Assembly (NCBI GenBank): GCA_965222905.1
Contig: OZ244976.1
Location: 2,570,012 to 2,634,011, forward strand
Direction of reading: 5' to 3'
DNA from: Vicinamibacterales bacterium
Lineage (GTDB): Bacteria; Acidobacteriota; Vicinamibacteria; Vicinamibacterales; UBA8438
Length of the DNA stretch: 64,000 nt
Both the position numbers and the translations under genes were made by a program. Each line of letters starts with the position of its first letter. Position 1 is the first letter of the stretch. This document shows, piece after piece, positions 42,195 to 50,773 of this stretch. Below the pieces are notes generated by a model, which was not told the DNA's origin, made no database searches, and saw only the letters and a list, made by a program, of their open reading frames with translations.

Positions 42195-42214
42195 GTGCCG
42201 GCAATCGTACACCG
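42195..42214 (-). promoter_or_regulatory. conserved upstream element shared by both PQQ-dehydrogenase paralogs (possible -10 region)
   Basis: In gene orientation it reads 'cggtgtacgattgccggcac', 56-75 nt upstream of the start. A near-identical element sits at the same relative position upstream of copy 2, and it contains TACGAT. Confidence 0.3.
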
Positions 42215-42271
42215 GTTTGTCGCGAACTGCGTTCGAAGCGCCGGCTGCAGCCGACCCAAATGGCGAGGGGG

Positions 42272-42415
42272 TCAGGAACGCGGCAGCACCTCGGCGCCGG
42301 TCAGGCCGAGGTGATGGTCCGTTGCCCAGACCGTCCTGATTCCGTGGCGCTCCATGAGTGCCAGGCTGGAGGCATCGACGTAGGTCAGGCGGGCGCCCCG
42401 CAGACGGTCCAGCAT
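42272..42415 (-). pseudogene. C-terminal remnant of a PIN-domain (VapC-like) toxin gene
   Basis: It translates to '(WWR)MLDRLRGARLTYVDASSLALMERHGIRTVWATDHHLGLTGAEVLPRS*'. This matches the last third of VapC proteins (..D....A.M.R.GI....T.D.HF). The N-terminal ~80 aa and the antitoxin are absent. Confidence 0.45.
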
Positions 42416-42503
42416 GCGCCACCAAGCTGCGGCCGGCCACGGCAACAGGTGAGCCGGTCGTCCCGCCGCCGATCGGTGCCTGCCCGCCGCCGCCGATCCG
42501 CGC

Positions 42504-44627
42504 CTACCCGCCCTCTGGCAGCGCGAAGGCGATGAGCCGCGGGCCGCCGCCGACGGTGAGTCCGACGTACTGCCGGCCGTCGACCATGTAGGTCATCGGC
42601 GTCCCGATGGCGCCCGACGGCAGGTCCACCGACGCCAGCTCCGTTCCGTCGGCCTTGTCGTAGGCCACCAGCCGCGGACCGCCGTTCGTCCCCCCGGCGG
42701 TCAGGCAGTAGATCAGCAGCGTCTTCGTCAGCAGCGGGCCGTTGATGGCGTTGTCCCCGCCGAGCGGCGGCAGATCGAGATCGCGCAGCAGCGGGTGGTT
42801 GCGGAACCGGTCGCCGTTGCCGGTCGGCACCCACCAGGCGTGCTCGCCGGTGTTCAGGTCGATGGCCGTCATCCGCGAGTAGGGGGGCTTGACGAGCGGC
42901 AGTCCCTGCGGCATCTGCGGGCCGCGCCGGATGTTGCCACGCTGGGCCAACCGTTGCGCCTCGGGTGCGCCGTGCGTGTACAACACCGTCGCACCGAGGG
43001 CCGGGTCCGGGGAATAGAGCGAGACCACCGCCGGCTGGTTGCGTGACGGCACGTAGAGCATGCCCGTTTCGGGGTCGACGGCGGCCCCGGACCAACCCGC
43101 CGTGCCGCCCGGCGGCGGACGCATGATGGTGCCGTTCGTGACCCCCTCGACCGGCCGGTCCAGCGGCGTGAACAGCGGTCCGAGCCGGAAGCCCTCGACC
43201 GCGTCGAGCGCCATCTGGTGGATCTCCGGCGTGAAGTCGATCAGGTCGTCGACGGTCACGCCCTGATAGTCGAACGGCGCGGGCTTCGTCGGGAACGGCT
43301 GGGTGGGCGACGGCACTTCGCCCGGCATGTTCGTCTCCGTCGGCACCGGGCGCTCCTCGATCGGCCAGAGCGGATCGCCGGTCACGCGGTCGAACACGTA
43401 GACGAAGCCCTGCTTGCTCACCTGCGCGATCGCCTTGATCGGACGGCCGTCGACGGTCACGTCCACCAGGTTCGAATGGGTCGCGAAGTCGTAGTCCCAC
43501 AGCCCGTGGTGCACCGCCTGGAAGTGCCACTCGCGCTGCCCGGTCTCCACGTCGACGGCGATCAGCGTCTCCGAGAACAGGTTGTCGCCCAGCCGGTCGA
43601 TCCCGTAGTAGTCGTTGGTGGTCGTGCCGGTCGGGAGATACACGTGGCCCAGCTCGCTGTCGCCGGCCAGCATCGACCAGACGTTGGCGTTGCCCGAGTA
43701 GCGCCAGGATTCGTTGAGCCAGGTGTCGACGCCGAACTCGTCGGCGCCGTTGGGCACGGTGTGGAAGTCCCAGGCGTGCTCGCCCGTGCGGACGTCCCAG
43801 GCCCGCACCCAGCCCGGCACCGCCTCCTTGGTGATGCGCCGGTCCGCGACGTGCGAGCCGTGGATCACCTTGTCGCGCACGACGATCGGCGGCGAGTGGA
43901 TGCCGAACAGCATCGCGTTCAGGTAGTCGCGCTCCTCCCGGTTCGCCCGCGGCAGCCCGACCATCGCGTCGACCCTTCCGCCCCCCGCGGGGCCGAAGTC
44001 GGGGCACGGCCGCCCGGTCTTCGCGTCGACGCAGATGAGGTACCCGTTGCCGGTGCCCCAGAAGATGCGCTCGTCCCCTTCGCCGTCGGTCCAGTAGGCG
44101 ACGCCCCGCTGCGACCAGGGGTTGCTCATCGTCGGCGTCCCCTCTTCGTAGCCCTTCGGGTTGTAGACCCACAGCGTCTCGCCGGTCTCCGCGTCCACCG
44201 CCACGCCCTGCGACAGCGGCGTGTTGAAGTAGAGAATCCCGTCCACCATCAGCGGTGTCGCCTGCAGGCGCGACAGGATGGGCCGATGTCCGGGGCGGTA
44301 GAGGTCGGGGTCGTCCTCGATCAGCGTGTCGACGACGGTGTCTAGCGGGGCCAGCCACTCGCCGCCGCCGGGTGTCGACCGGCTGATGAGGTGGTCCACC
44401 GAGGTCCACTCCCAGGCGATCTCCAGGTCCGCGAAGTTGCTTGCGTCGATCTGGTCGAGCGGCGAGTATTTCTTGCCGCCGACGTCGCCGGCGTAGCTGC
44501 GCCACTCGCCGTTGGAGGTGTCGTAGGTCTGCCACGGCCCGGCGCTCTGGTCCTGCTGGGCGTTCACGGCGGCGGACCCGCAAAAGACAAGCGCTGGCAT
44601 CACGGTGAGAAAGAGCGACTGGCGCAT
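42504..44627 (-). CDS. soluble PQQ-dependent dehydrogenase, copy 2 (tandem paralog)
   Basis: Same length (707 aa) as copy 1, with long identical peptide runs such as 'HGSHVADRRITKEAVPGWVRAWDVRTGEHAWDFHTVPNGADEFGVDTWLN'. Confidence 0.85.
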   Translation of the reverse strand: MRQSLFLTVMPALVFCGSAAVNAQQDQSAGPWQTYDTSNGEWRSYAGDVGGKKYSPLDQIDASNFADLEIAWEWTSVDHLISRSTPGGGEWLAPLDTVVDTLIEDDPDLYRPGHRPILSRLQATPLMVDGILYFNTPLSQGVAVDAETGETLWVYNPKGYEEGTPTMSNPWSQRGVAYWTDGEGDERIFWGTGNGYLICVDAKTGRPCPDFGPAGGGRVDAMVGLPRANREERDYLNAMLFGIHSPPIVVRDKVIHGSHVADRRITKEAVPGWVRAWDVRTGEHAWDFHTVPNGADEFGVDTWLNESWRYSGNANVWSMLAGDSELGHVYLPTGTTTNDYYGIDRLGDNLFSETLIAVDVETGQREWHFQAVHHGLWDYDFATHSNLVDVTVDGRPIKAIAQVSKQGFVYVFDRVTGDPLWPIEERPVPTETNMPGEVPSPTQPFPTKPAPFDYQGVTVDDLIDFTPEIHQMALDAVEGFRLGPLFTPLDRPVEGVTNGTIMRPPPGGTAGWSGAAVDPETGMLYVPSRNQPAVVSLYSPDPALGATVLYTHGAPEAQRLAQRGNIRRGPQMPQGLPLVKPPYSRMTAIDLNTGEHAWWVPTGNGDRFRNHPLLRDLDLPPLGGDNAINGPLLTKTLLIYCLTAGGTNGGPRLVAYDKADGTELASVDLPSGAIGTPMTYMVDGRQYVGLTVGGGPRLIAFALPEGG

Positions 44628-44687
44628 GACGTGACCTCCGTTCGTATCGCAGGGCCGGGCTGACGCACCCGGGTTCCGCTCCCGTCG

Positions 44688-44707
44688 GTGCCGGCAATCC
44701 TACACCG
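44688..44707 (-). promoter_or_regulatory. conserved upstream element, copy 2
   Basis: In gene orientation it reads 'cggtgtaggattgccggcac', 61-80 nt upstream of the start. It matches the copy-1 element at 19 of 20 positions. Confidence 0.3.
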
Positions 44708-44880
44708 TCGCCGGAGCGGATGCGACGACCTGGCGCGCCTGCCAGTACCGCTTCGGAGCGGCGAAGGGCCCCTACGACGCGGCGGGACGGCCGGCGAGGC
44801 TCGAAGACTCTCGGCTGGCCGAGAGCGCCGAGGCGCCGCGGTAGTTGGATTCAGCCTTGACGTTCGGTCTCGTGCAGGCG

Positions 44881-45960
44881 TCAGGCGAGCGCGTACCAAG
44901 TGCCCCGGCCGGCGCCGTGCCGCGTCAGATGGCCGTCGCGGGTCAACGCCCGCACGTGATCCTTGATCGTGTTCCGACTCGCGCCGGTAGCCGTCGCGGC
45001 AGCGCGGATGGTCACGCGCCCGTGGTCGCGGGCGATCTGCAGAATGCGGAGCGAGAGCTCGGGCAGGTCGCCGATCGTCAGGCGCTCGCGCTGGATCTTG
45101 TCGTGCAGATGCCGCTTCTGCCGTTGCAGCGCCGTCAGAAAATACGTGAGCCAGGGATCCCAGTCGGGCTCGGCGGTCCGCAACGTCTTCTGGGTGCGGC
45201 GCAGGGCCAGGTAGTACGCGTCCCTGCTTCGTTCGATGACGCTTTCCAGAGAGCAGTAGGGAACGTAGGAGTAGCCGGCGCGCAGCAGCAGCAGCGTGGT
45301 GAGAATCCGCGACAGGCGCCCGTTGCCGTCCTGGAACGGATGGATGGCCAGGAAGGCGACGACGAAGACGGCGATGACCAGCAGCGGGTGCAGGTCGGCG
45401 GGGCGAGCCAGGGCTTCCCGTGTCCACGTGAGCAGTTCGGCGGTCAGCCGGGGCGTGTCGAAAGGAGTCGCGGTTTCGAAGACGACGCCCAATCGCGTTC
45501 CACCGGGCCCGATTGCCTCCACGTGGTTCGGGAGGGACTTGTAGTCGCCGCGATGGCGTTCATCCTTCTCCGAGTACTTCAGCAGATCACGGTGAAGCTG
45601 CCGGACGTGGTTCTCGGTGAGGTCGATGACGTCCCAGGCCGTGAAGACGGTGTTCATCGTGCCGGCGTAGCCCGCGACCTCCTGCTCGTCGCGCGTCGCG
45701 AACGATCCGACCTCGATGGCGGAGAGAAGCTGCTCGACTTCCGGGTCGCTGAGCCTTGCGCCTTCGATGCGGGTGGACGAGCCGATGCTCTCGATCGTCG
45801 CTACGTGCCGCAGTCGGGACAGCCGCTCGGGAGCGAGGCGCCCGACGGCGAGCCACGCGCCCTTGAATTCATCGATCTCGGCGATGAATCCGAGAGTCTC
45901 GCGAGTTACCCGCAACGACGACACGTCCGGCGAGCCATCCATTAGCCCACCCGATTCCAT
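44881..45960 (-). CDS. Fic-family protein (AMPylase-type) with C-terminal winged-helix
   Basis: Fic motif 'HPFQDGNGRLSRILT'. C-terminus 'NTIKDHVRALTRDGHLTRHGAGRGTWY' is wHTH-like. Confidence 0.9.
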   Translation of the reverse strand: MESGGLMDGSPDVSSLRVTRETLGFIAEIDEFKGAWLAVGRLAPERLSRLRHVATIESIGSSTRIEGARLSDPEVEQLLSAIEVGSFATRDEQEVAGYAGTMNTVFTAWDVIDLTENHVRQLHRDLLKYSEKDERHRGDYKSLPNHVEAIGPGGTRLGVVFETATPFDTPRLTAELLTWTREALARPADLHPLLVIAVFVVAFLAIHPFQDGNGRLSRILTTLLLLRAGYSYVPYCSLESVIERSRDAYYLALRRTQKTLRTAEPDWDPWLTYFLTALQRQKRHLHDKIQRERLTIGDLPELSLRILQIARDHGRVTIRAAATATGASRNTIKDHVRALTRDGHLTRHGAGRGTWYALA

Positions 45961-46012
45961 CCAATATGGAGGATGTCACGAGGAGCATCCATTTGTCCAT
46001 CCGATTCCATCC
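45932..46012. repeat. ~30-nt imperfect direct repeat duplicating the Fic start region
   Basis: The two units are 'gagccatccattagcccacccgattccatcc' (45932-45962) and 'gagcatccatttgtccatccgattccatcc' (45983-46012). The 12-nt core 'ccgattccatcc' is perfect. Confidence 0.8.
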
Positions 46013-46025
46013 GAGGTACGAGCTC

Positions 46026-46634
46026 TCACGAGAGCGCGTAGCCGAGCGTCCAGGCGACATTCTTCAGCATACCGAGGAGGGCCGGATCGCCGAGCGCCCG
46101 GTGGAAGCTCGGCTGGACCGGGATGACGCCGGCCGCCTCGGCGCGGTTCGTCAGGACCATCGCCGGCCGATTGGCGTGCATCGATGACGGATACAGGAGG
46201 CCCTCGGTCTCCGGGTAGGCGTCGTAGAACCCACGTGCCCAGTTTCGGGTAACGGATCGGGCGCCCGTCATCAGGGCCATGGACGCACCGGCGCGGGTCG
46301 CGAAGGAGCCGGTGAGATCCACGAGCGACGAGAAGCCGGCCGTGTGGAACCCGACCAGCCACGGGTCCTTGTGCCAGCGGTTGAGGACGCGGGTTCTCTG
46401 GAAGACCTCCGCGAAGCAGGTGGTCGGATCATCGGCCGCGTAGAGGACCGCTCGGTCCTGGTACATCGCCCCTCGGCCGAGATGATGGTCGAAACGGGCA
46501 TCGGTCGGCCCTACGTGCCTGAGGTCGCCCCACCGCGTCGGGTGTCGCCCGCCGCGAAAATAGATGCGCCACGCCAGCGAGCCGGGCAGCAGCGAGTGGA
46601 CATCCGGATTCAACCCCTCGATCCGAGCGACCAC
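46026..46634 (-). CDS. RES-domain toxin (NAD+-targeting RES family)
   Basis: About 200 aa. 'WRIYFRGG...R..D.RFDHH' and 'VLYAADDPTTCFAEVF' fit the RES-domain Arg/Glu/Ser layout. It lies immediately downstream of an Xre/DUF2384-like gene. Confidence 0.75.
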   Translation of the reverse strand: MVARIEGLNPDVHSLLPGSLAWRIYFRGGRHPTRWGDLRHVGPTDARFDHHLGRGAMYQDRAVLYAADDPTTCFAEVFQRTRVLNRWHKDPWLVGFHTAGFSSLVDLTGSFATRAGASMALMTGARSVTRNWARGFYDAYPETEGLLYPSSMHANRPAMVLTNRAEAAGVIPVQPSFHRALGDPALLGMLKNVAWTLGYALS

Positions 46635-46665
46635 CGGCGTGCGCGGAACCTTCGGCGCGGCGGCG

Positions 46666-46944
46666 TCACAGATGGCGTGCCATCTCGATCACCGGTGCCG
46701 GATCCATACCGGCCTTCAGCCAGTCGAGCGGGTTGAGCACTTGACCGTCCGGTGTCTCCAATTCGGGATCCGGGGTTGTGTACCAACGCAGCACCGAGAC
46801 GGCGTCGAGAGCTTGCGGTACAACCGCGTTCACGGCGCCGATGTTCGGAACGAGCCCGTCGTTGCCGAACTGAAAGACGGGGATCTTCCAGCGGCCGCCG
46901 ACGCGAACCGCGTACAAGGCGCCCTCTCCGATCATCTGACGCAC
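46666..46944 (-). CDS. Xre/MbcA/ParS-type antitoxin (HTH + toxin-binding C-terminal domain)
   Basis: C-terminus 'VLRWYTTPDPELETPDGQVLNPLDWLKAG' is DUF2384-like. The excisionase-type HTH 'LTPAKAAAQLGGITQVRVRQMIGEGALYAVRVGGRWKIP' begins upstream of the first canonical start (GTG 46944), so the true 5' end is near 47010. Confidence 0.65.
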   Translation of the reverse strand: MRQMIGEGALYAVRVGGRWKIPVFQFGNDGLVPNIGAVNAVVPQALDAVSVLRWYTTPDPELETPDGQVLNPLDWLKAGMDPAPVIEMARHL

Positions 46945-47172
46945 GCGAACCTGGGTGATTCCCCCGAGCTGTGCAGCGGCCTTGGCCGGTGTCAGACCGG
47001 TGGCCAGGATTGCGCCGCCGGCGGCGACGCGACGACGCGTGCGGCGTGCCCGCCACCGGCGTCTTCGCCACGTGGGGCGATTCGGTATTGCCGGGCCCTC
47101 CGTCGCGGAGTACGATGCGGCGATTGGGAGTGCGTTCGCTGTCGGTACGACCAGAAACTACAAGGAGCATCG

Positions 47173-49713
47173 ATGGTGCGACGGCAGAGCGGCAGTCGGC
47201 GCGGGGCGGCTGGTTTGGCGAGAGCCGTCGTGTTCCTGGTGGCCGGCGGCGTCATGCTGGCGACCGGTTCGGCCGTCCAGACGTCTTCCGTCCGGCTTGG
47301 GCTCGGACCGGAGCAACAGCTCCCGGCGGCCGTGCAGGCGCCCGCCTCGGCCACTGAGCCTGTATCGGTCGCGCCCCGCGCGGTCCTGGATCGCTACTGC
47401 ATCACCTGCCACAACGATCGCCTGCGGACCGGCGGCCTGAGCCTGGATGCGGCCAGCGTCGACGCCGCGGATCCGAGCCGCCACGCGGACGTCTGGGAGC
47501 GGGTAATCGGGAAGCTGCGGACCGGCGCCATGCCGCCGCCGGGCCGACCGCGACCGGAACAGGCGACCTACGACGCGGTGGCGAGCCGGCTCGAGACGGA
47601 CATCGACCGGGCAGCCGCGGCGAACCCCGATCCCGGCCGCACCAGCACCGTCCATCGGCTGAACCGCACGGAGTACCGCAACGCGATTCGCGACCTGCTG
47701 GCGCTGGATCTCGACGTGACGCCGCTCCTGCCGGGGGACGAGACCTCCGATACCGGCTTCGACAACAACGCCGACGTGCTCTCGATCTCCACCGCGCAGC
47801 TCGAGCGCTACCTTTCGGCGGCGCGCACCATCACGAGGCTCGCCACCGGCCTTCCGCCGACGGGTCCGGGGTTCGAGACCTTCGACGTGCCGCTGCTCCT
47901 GCTGCAGGACGAGCGCCAGAGCGAGGACCTGCCGCTAGGCTCGCGGGGGGGCGTGGCCGTCCCTTATCACTTCCCGGTCGACGGTGACTACCTCATCAAG
48001 ATCGAGCTGCGGTCGAACTGGCAGGACTACATCCTGGGCATGGGCAGCGCCCACTTGCTCGACGTGCGGATCGACGGCGAGCTGGTCAGGCGGTTCACGG
48101 TCGGCGGCGAGGCTCCCGGCCGGCCCGCACCGGTCACGTTCACCATCGCCGAGCGGGGCGACCCGGAGTGGGAGGCGTACCTGCAGTCGGCGGACGAACG
48201 GTTGGAGGTTCGCGTGCCGGTCGAGGCGGGACCGCGCACCGTCGGCGTGTCGTTCGTTCGCAACGTCTGGGAGCCGGAGGGGATCCTGAAGCCGCGGCAG
48301 GCGGGCGAGGTGCTCTCGAACGACGAGGTGTACAACGGCAACGCCGCGGTCAGCGCGGTCGCCGTCGGCGGGCCGTACGCCGTGACCGGTCCGGGTGACA
48401 CGCCGAGCCGCCGCGCCATCTTAACCTGCCGGCCGGACGTCGCTGCCCCGGAGGATGAGCGGGTCTGCGCCACCGAGATCGTGTCGCGCCTGGCGCGCCG
48501 CGCCTATCGCCGGCCGGTGACGCCGGACGACGTCGACACGCTCCTGGGTTTCTTCGAGAGCGGCCGGGAGAGTGGCGGCAGCTTCGACTCCGGCATCCAG
48601 CTCGCATTGGAACGGATGCTGGTGGATCCGGACTTCCTGCTGCGTATCGAGCGCGATCCGGCCGGGGCGGCACCGGGCGCGCCGTACCGCCTGAGCGACG
48701 TCGAGGTGGCCGCGCGCCTGGCCTTCTTCCTCTGGGGCAGCATCCCGGACGAGCCGCTGCTCGACGCGGCCGAGCAGGGCACGCTGACCGAGCCGGCGGT
48801 GCTGGAGGCGCAGGTCCGGCGCATGCTCGCCGATCCGCGCGCCCGGTCGCTCGTCGACGACTTCGCCATGCAGTGGCTGCACCTGCGCAACCTGGAGGAC
48901 GTGACCGGCGATCCGGTGCCGTTCCCGGACTTCGACGACAACCTGGTCGAGGCGTTCCGGCAGGAGACCACGCTATTTCTCGCCAGCACCCTGCGCGGGG
49001 ACCGCAGCGTGCTCGACCTGCTCGACGCCGACTACACGTTCGTCAACGAGCGGCTCGCCCGCCACTACGGTATTCCGGGCGTCTACGGGTCACGGTTCCG
49101 CCGCGTCACGCTGCCGGACCGCGAGCAGCGCGGCGGCCTGCTCGGCCACGGCGGCCTGCTGGCCCTGACCTCGTATCCGACCCGCACGTCGCCGGTGCTG
49201 CGCGGCAAGTGGCTGCTCGACACGATTCTCGGCGCGCCGCCCCCGTCGCCGCCGGCCGACGTGCCGGCGTTGCCGGAGGGGGGCGAGGGAGGCCGCACCA
49301 CCTCGGTGCGCGAGCGGCTGGAGCGCCACCGGCAGGCCCCGGCCTGCGCGACCTGCCACGCGTCCATCGATCCGCCAGGCTTCGCGCTCGAGCAGTTCGA
49401 CGGCCTCGGCGCGTGGCGGACCTCAGACGAGTTCGGCAACCCGATCGATGCCACCGCGACCATGCCGGACGGTCGCGCCGTGGCGGGCATGGCCGGCCTG
49501 CGCGCGCTGCTCCTGGAGCGGCCGGAGCGGTTCGCCGGTACGGTGACCGAGAAGCTCCTCTCCTACGCCCTCGGGCGCGGCTTGGAGCACGCCGACAAGC
49601 CGACCGTGCGCGCCGTCGTGCGGGACGCGGCGGCGGACGACTACCGCTGGTCGGCGCTCATCGCCGGCATCGTGAAGAGCCCGGCGTTCCTGATGCGGAA
49701 TGCGGGAAGTTGA
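47173..49713 (+). CDS. DUF1592/DUF1588/DUF1585-family secreted protein with N-terminal CxxCH (PSCyt3-like) motif
   Basis: AAGGAG lies upstream of the ATG. Signal anchor; 'LDRYCITCHNDRLRTGGLSL' (heme c motif); 'KLRTGAMPP'; C-terminus 'CATCHASIDPPGFALEQFDGLGAWR' is typical of this family. Confidence 0.8.
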   Translation: MVRRQSGSRRGAAGLARAVVFLVAGGVMLATGSAVQTSSVRLGLGPEQQLPAAVQAPASATEPVSVAPRAVLDRYCITCHNDRLRTGGLSLDAASVDAADPSRHADVWERVIGKLRTGAMPPPGRPRPEQATYDAVASRLETDIDRAAAANPDPGRTSTVHRLNRTEYRNAIRDLLALDLDVTPLLPGDETSDTGFDNNADVLSISTAQLERYLSAARTITRLATGLPPTGPGFETFDVPLLLLQDERQSEDLPLGSRGGVAVPYHFPVDGDYLIKIELRSNWQDYILGMGSAHLLDVRIDGELVRRFTVGGEAPGRPAPVTFTIAERGDPEWEAYLQSADERLEVRVPVEAGPRTVGVSFVRNVWEPEGILKPRQAGEVLSNDEVYNGNAAVSAVAVGGPYAVTGPGDTPSRRAILTCRPDVAAPEDERVCATEIVSRLARRAYRRPVTPDDVDTLLGFFESGRESGGSFDSGIQLALERMLVDPDFLLRIERDPAGAAPGAPYRLSDVEVAARLAFFLWGSIPDEPLLDAAEQGTLTEPAVLEAQVRRMLADPRARSLVDDFAMQWLHLRNLEDVTGDPVPFPDFDDNLVEAFRQETTLFLASTLRGDRSVLDLLDADYTFVNERLARHYGIPGVYGSRFRRVTLPDREQRGGLLGHGGLLALTSYPTRTSPVLRGKWLLDTILGAPPPSPPADVPALPEGGEGGRTTSVRERLERHRQAPACATCHASIDPPGFALEQFDGLGAWRTSDEFGNPIDATATMPDGRAVAGMAGLRALLLERPERFAGTVTEKLLSYALGRGLEHADKPTVRAVVRDAAADDYRWSALIAGIVKSPAFLMRNAGS
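49669..49704 (+). repeat. direct repeat copy A (3' end of the DUF1592-family gene)
   Basis: 'atcgtgaagagcccggcgttcctgatgcggaatgcg' encodes IVKSPAFLMRNA. It matches copy B at 50773-50808 at 32 of 36 positions. Confidence 0.85.
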
Positions 49714-49741
49714 TCGAGATATCGGGCAAGGTGTGAACAGG

Positions 49742-50773
49742 ATGACCGGCAAGCTGGCGGCGACGGGTGCCTTGGCGGCGGTCGCCGTAGCAGTGTGGGC
49801 CTCGCAGGGCCGTATCGGTTCGGGGCCAGGGAGCGACCGCGGTGTGGACGTGCAGGCGAGGCCTTCGGACGCAACGCGTGGGCAGGCAGCGGCTTCGACC
49901 GAGACTGAACCTGCCGTGGATTCCCGGTTGGCGGTGGACTGGTGGAACCGCGCGATCGAGGCGGCGGGCGAGTCGGCAGCGGGCATCCGGGCGGCCGCGT
50001 TGCTGCGCGGATTGGGTGAGATGCCGGAGGTGGCGAAGACACTCGGAAACCGCCGTGGCGGTCTTCGGCCCGAGGTCCTGTTCGGCAAAATTCCATCCGG
50101 CGTGCTGCTGGCTGGCGAAGGGGCGGCGCTGAACTACCTGAGCGAGCGCGATCTGAGCCACATCCGTTCCGTGCGCGAAGCCCCGGAACTGGCAGCTGAA
50201 CCGGGCAACGTGGTCTTTGAGCGGACCTATGCCAACCGCGCGCGCGGCGGCAGGAACATGACAAACTGGGAATGGGCGGTGGCGCACGCTGACAGCGTGG
50301 TCGCGGGTGCGCGGGCGGGTGCTCGGGTGGTTGCGGTATCGATGGTGCGAGGCGTCGCAAATGGCGCGCTGTTGAACTTGCCGGTGGCGGCGACCGTAGA
50401 GACGCTCCATGTCGTCAATGCGCGCAAGACGGTGGGTGAAGCGGCTCGGGATGCGGCACTGGATATCAGCGGCGCTGGCGCGGCCGGCGCGTCAGTGGCG
50501 GGCGCACTGACCGCCGCGGGTGCTCTCGGCTTCACGGTAGGCACGCCAGTGCTGGTCCCGCTGGCCATAGTGGGTGGGACTGCGTACGTCTGGGTGTCCA
50601 GCGATCGGATCGTGCAGGCGCTCGACGACGAGTCCCGCGCCGCGGTTGAGGTGTACCTGACGACCATGCAGGACATGATTCGAGACCACGTCACCACAAT
50701 TGGAGATAGTACGGGGTTTGCGATCGAATCGCTGCAGGAAACGCTCATATCGGCCCTTGCGCCGGTGAATTGA
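49742..50773 (+). CDS. hypothetical membrane protein, possible HNH/His-Me-finger-like core
   Basis: N-terminal TM 'LAATGALAAVAVAVWA' and a C-terminal Gly/Ala-rich TM pair. The central 'ERDLSHIRS...PGNVVFERTYANRARGG' loosely resembles an HNH (H..N..N) motif. The gene lies exactly between repeat copies A and B. Confidence 0.45.
   Translation: MTGKLAATGALAAVAVAVWASQGRIGSGPGSDRGVDVQARPSDATRGQAAASTETEPAVDSRLAVDWWNRAIEAAGESAAGIRAAALLRGLGEMPEVAKTLGNRRGGLRPEVLFGKIPSGVLLAGEGAALNYLSERDLSHIRSVREAPELAAEPGNVVFERTYANRARGGRNMTNWEWAVAHADSVVAGARAGARVVAVSMVRGVANGALLNLPVAATVETLHVVNARKTVGEAARDAALDISGAGAAGASVAGALTAAGALGFTVGTPVLVPLAIVGGTAYVWVSSDRIVQALDDESRAAVEVYLTTMQDMIRDHVTTIGDSTGFAIESLQETLISALAPVN

Noticed and set aside
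40428-44697. 670-aa and 770-aa minus-strand ORFs in alternative frames of the PQQ-dehydrogenase genes
   Set aside because: They are on the same strand but out of frame relative to the quinoprotein reading frames. They are Arg/Pro/Gly-rich with no signal peptide or propeller motifs.
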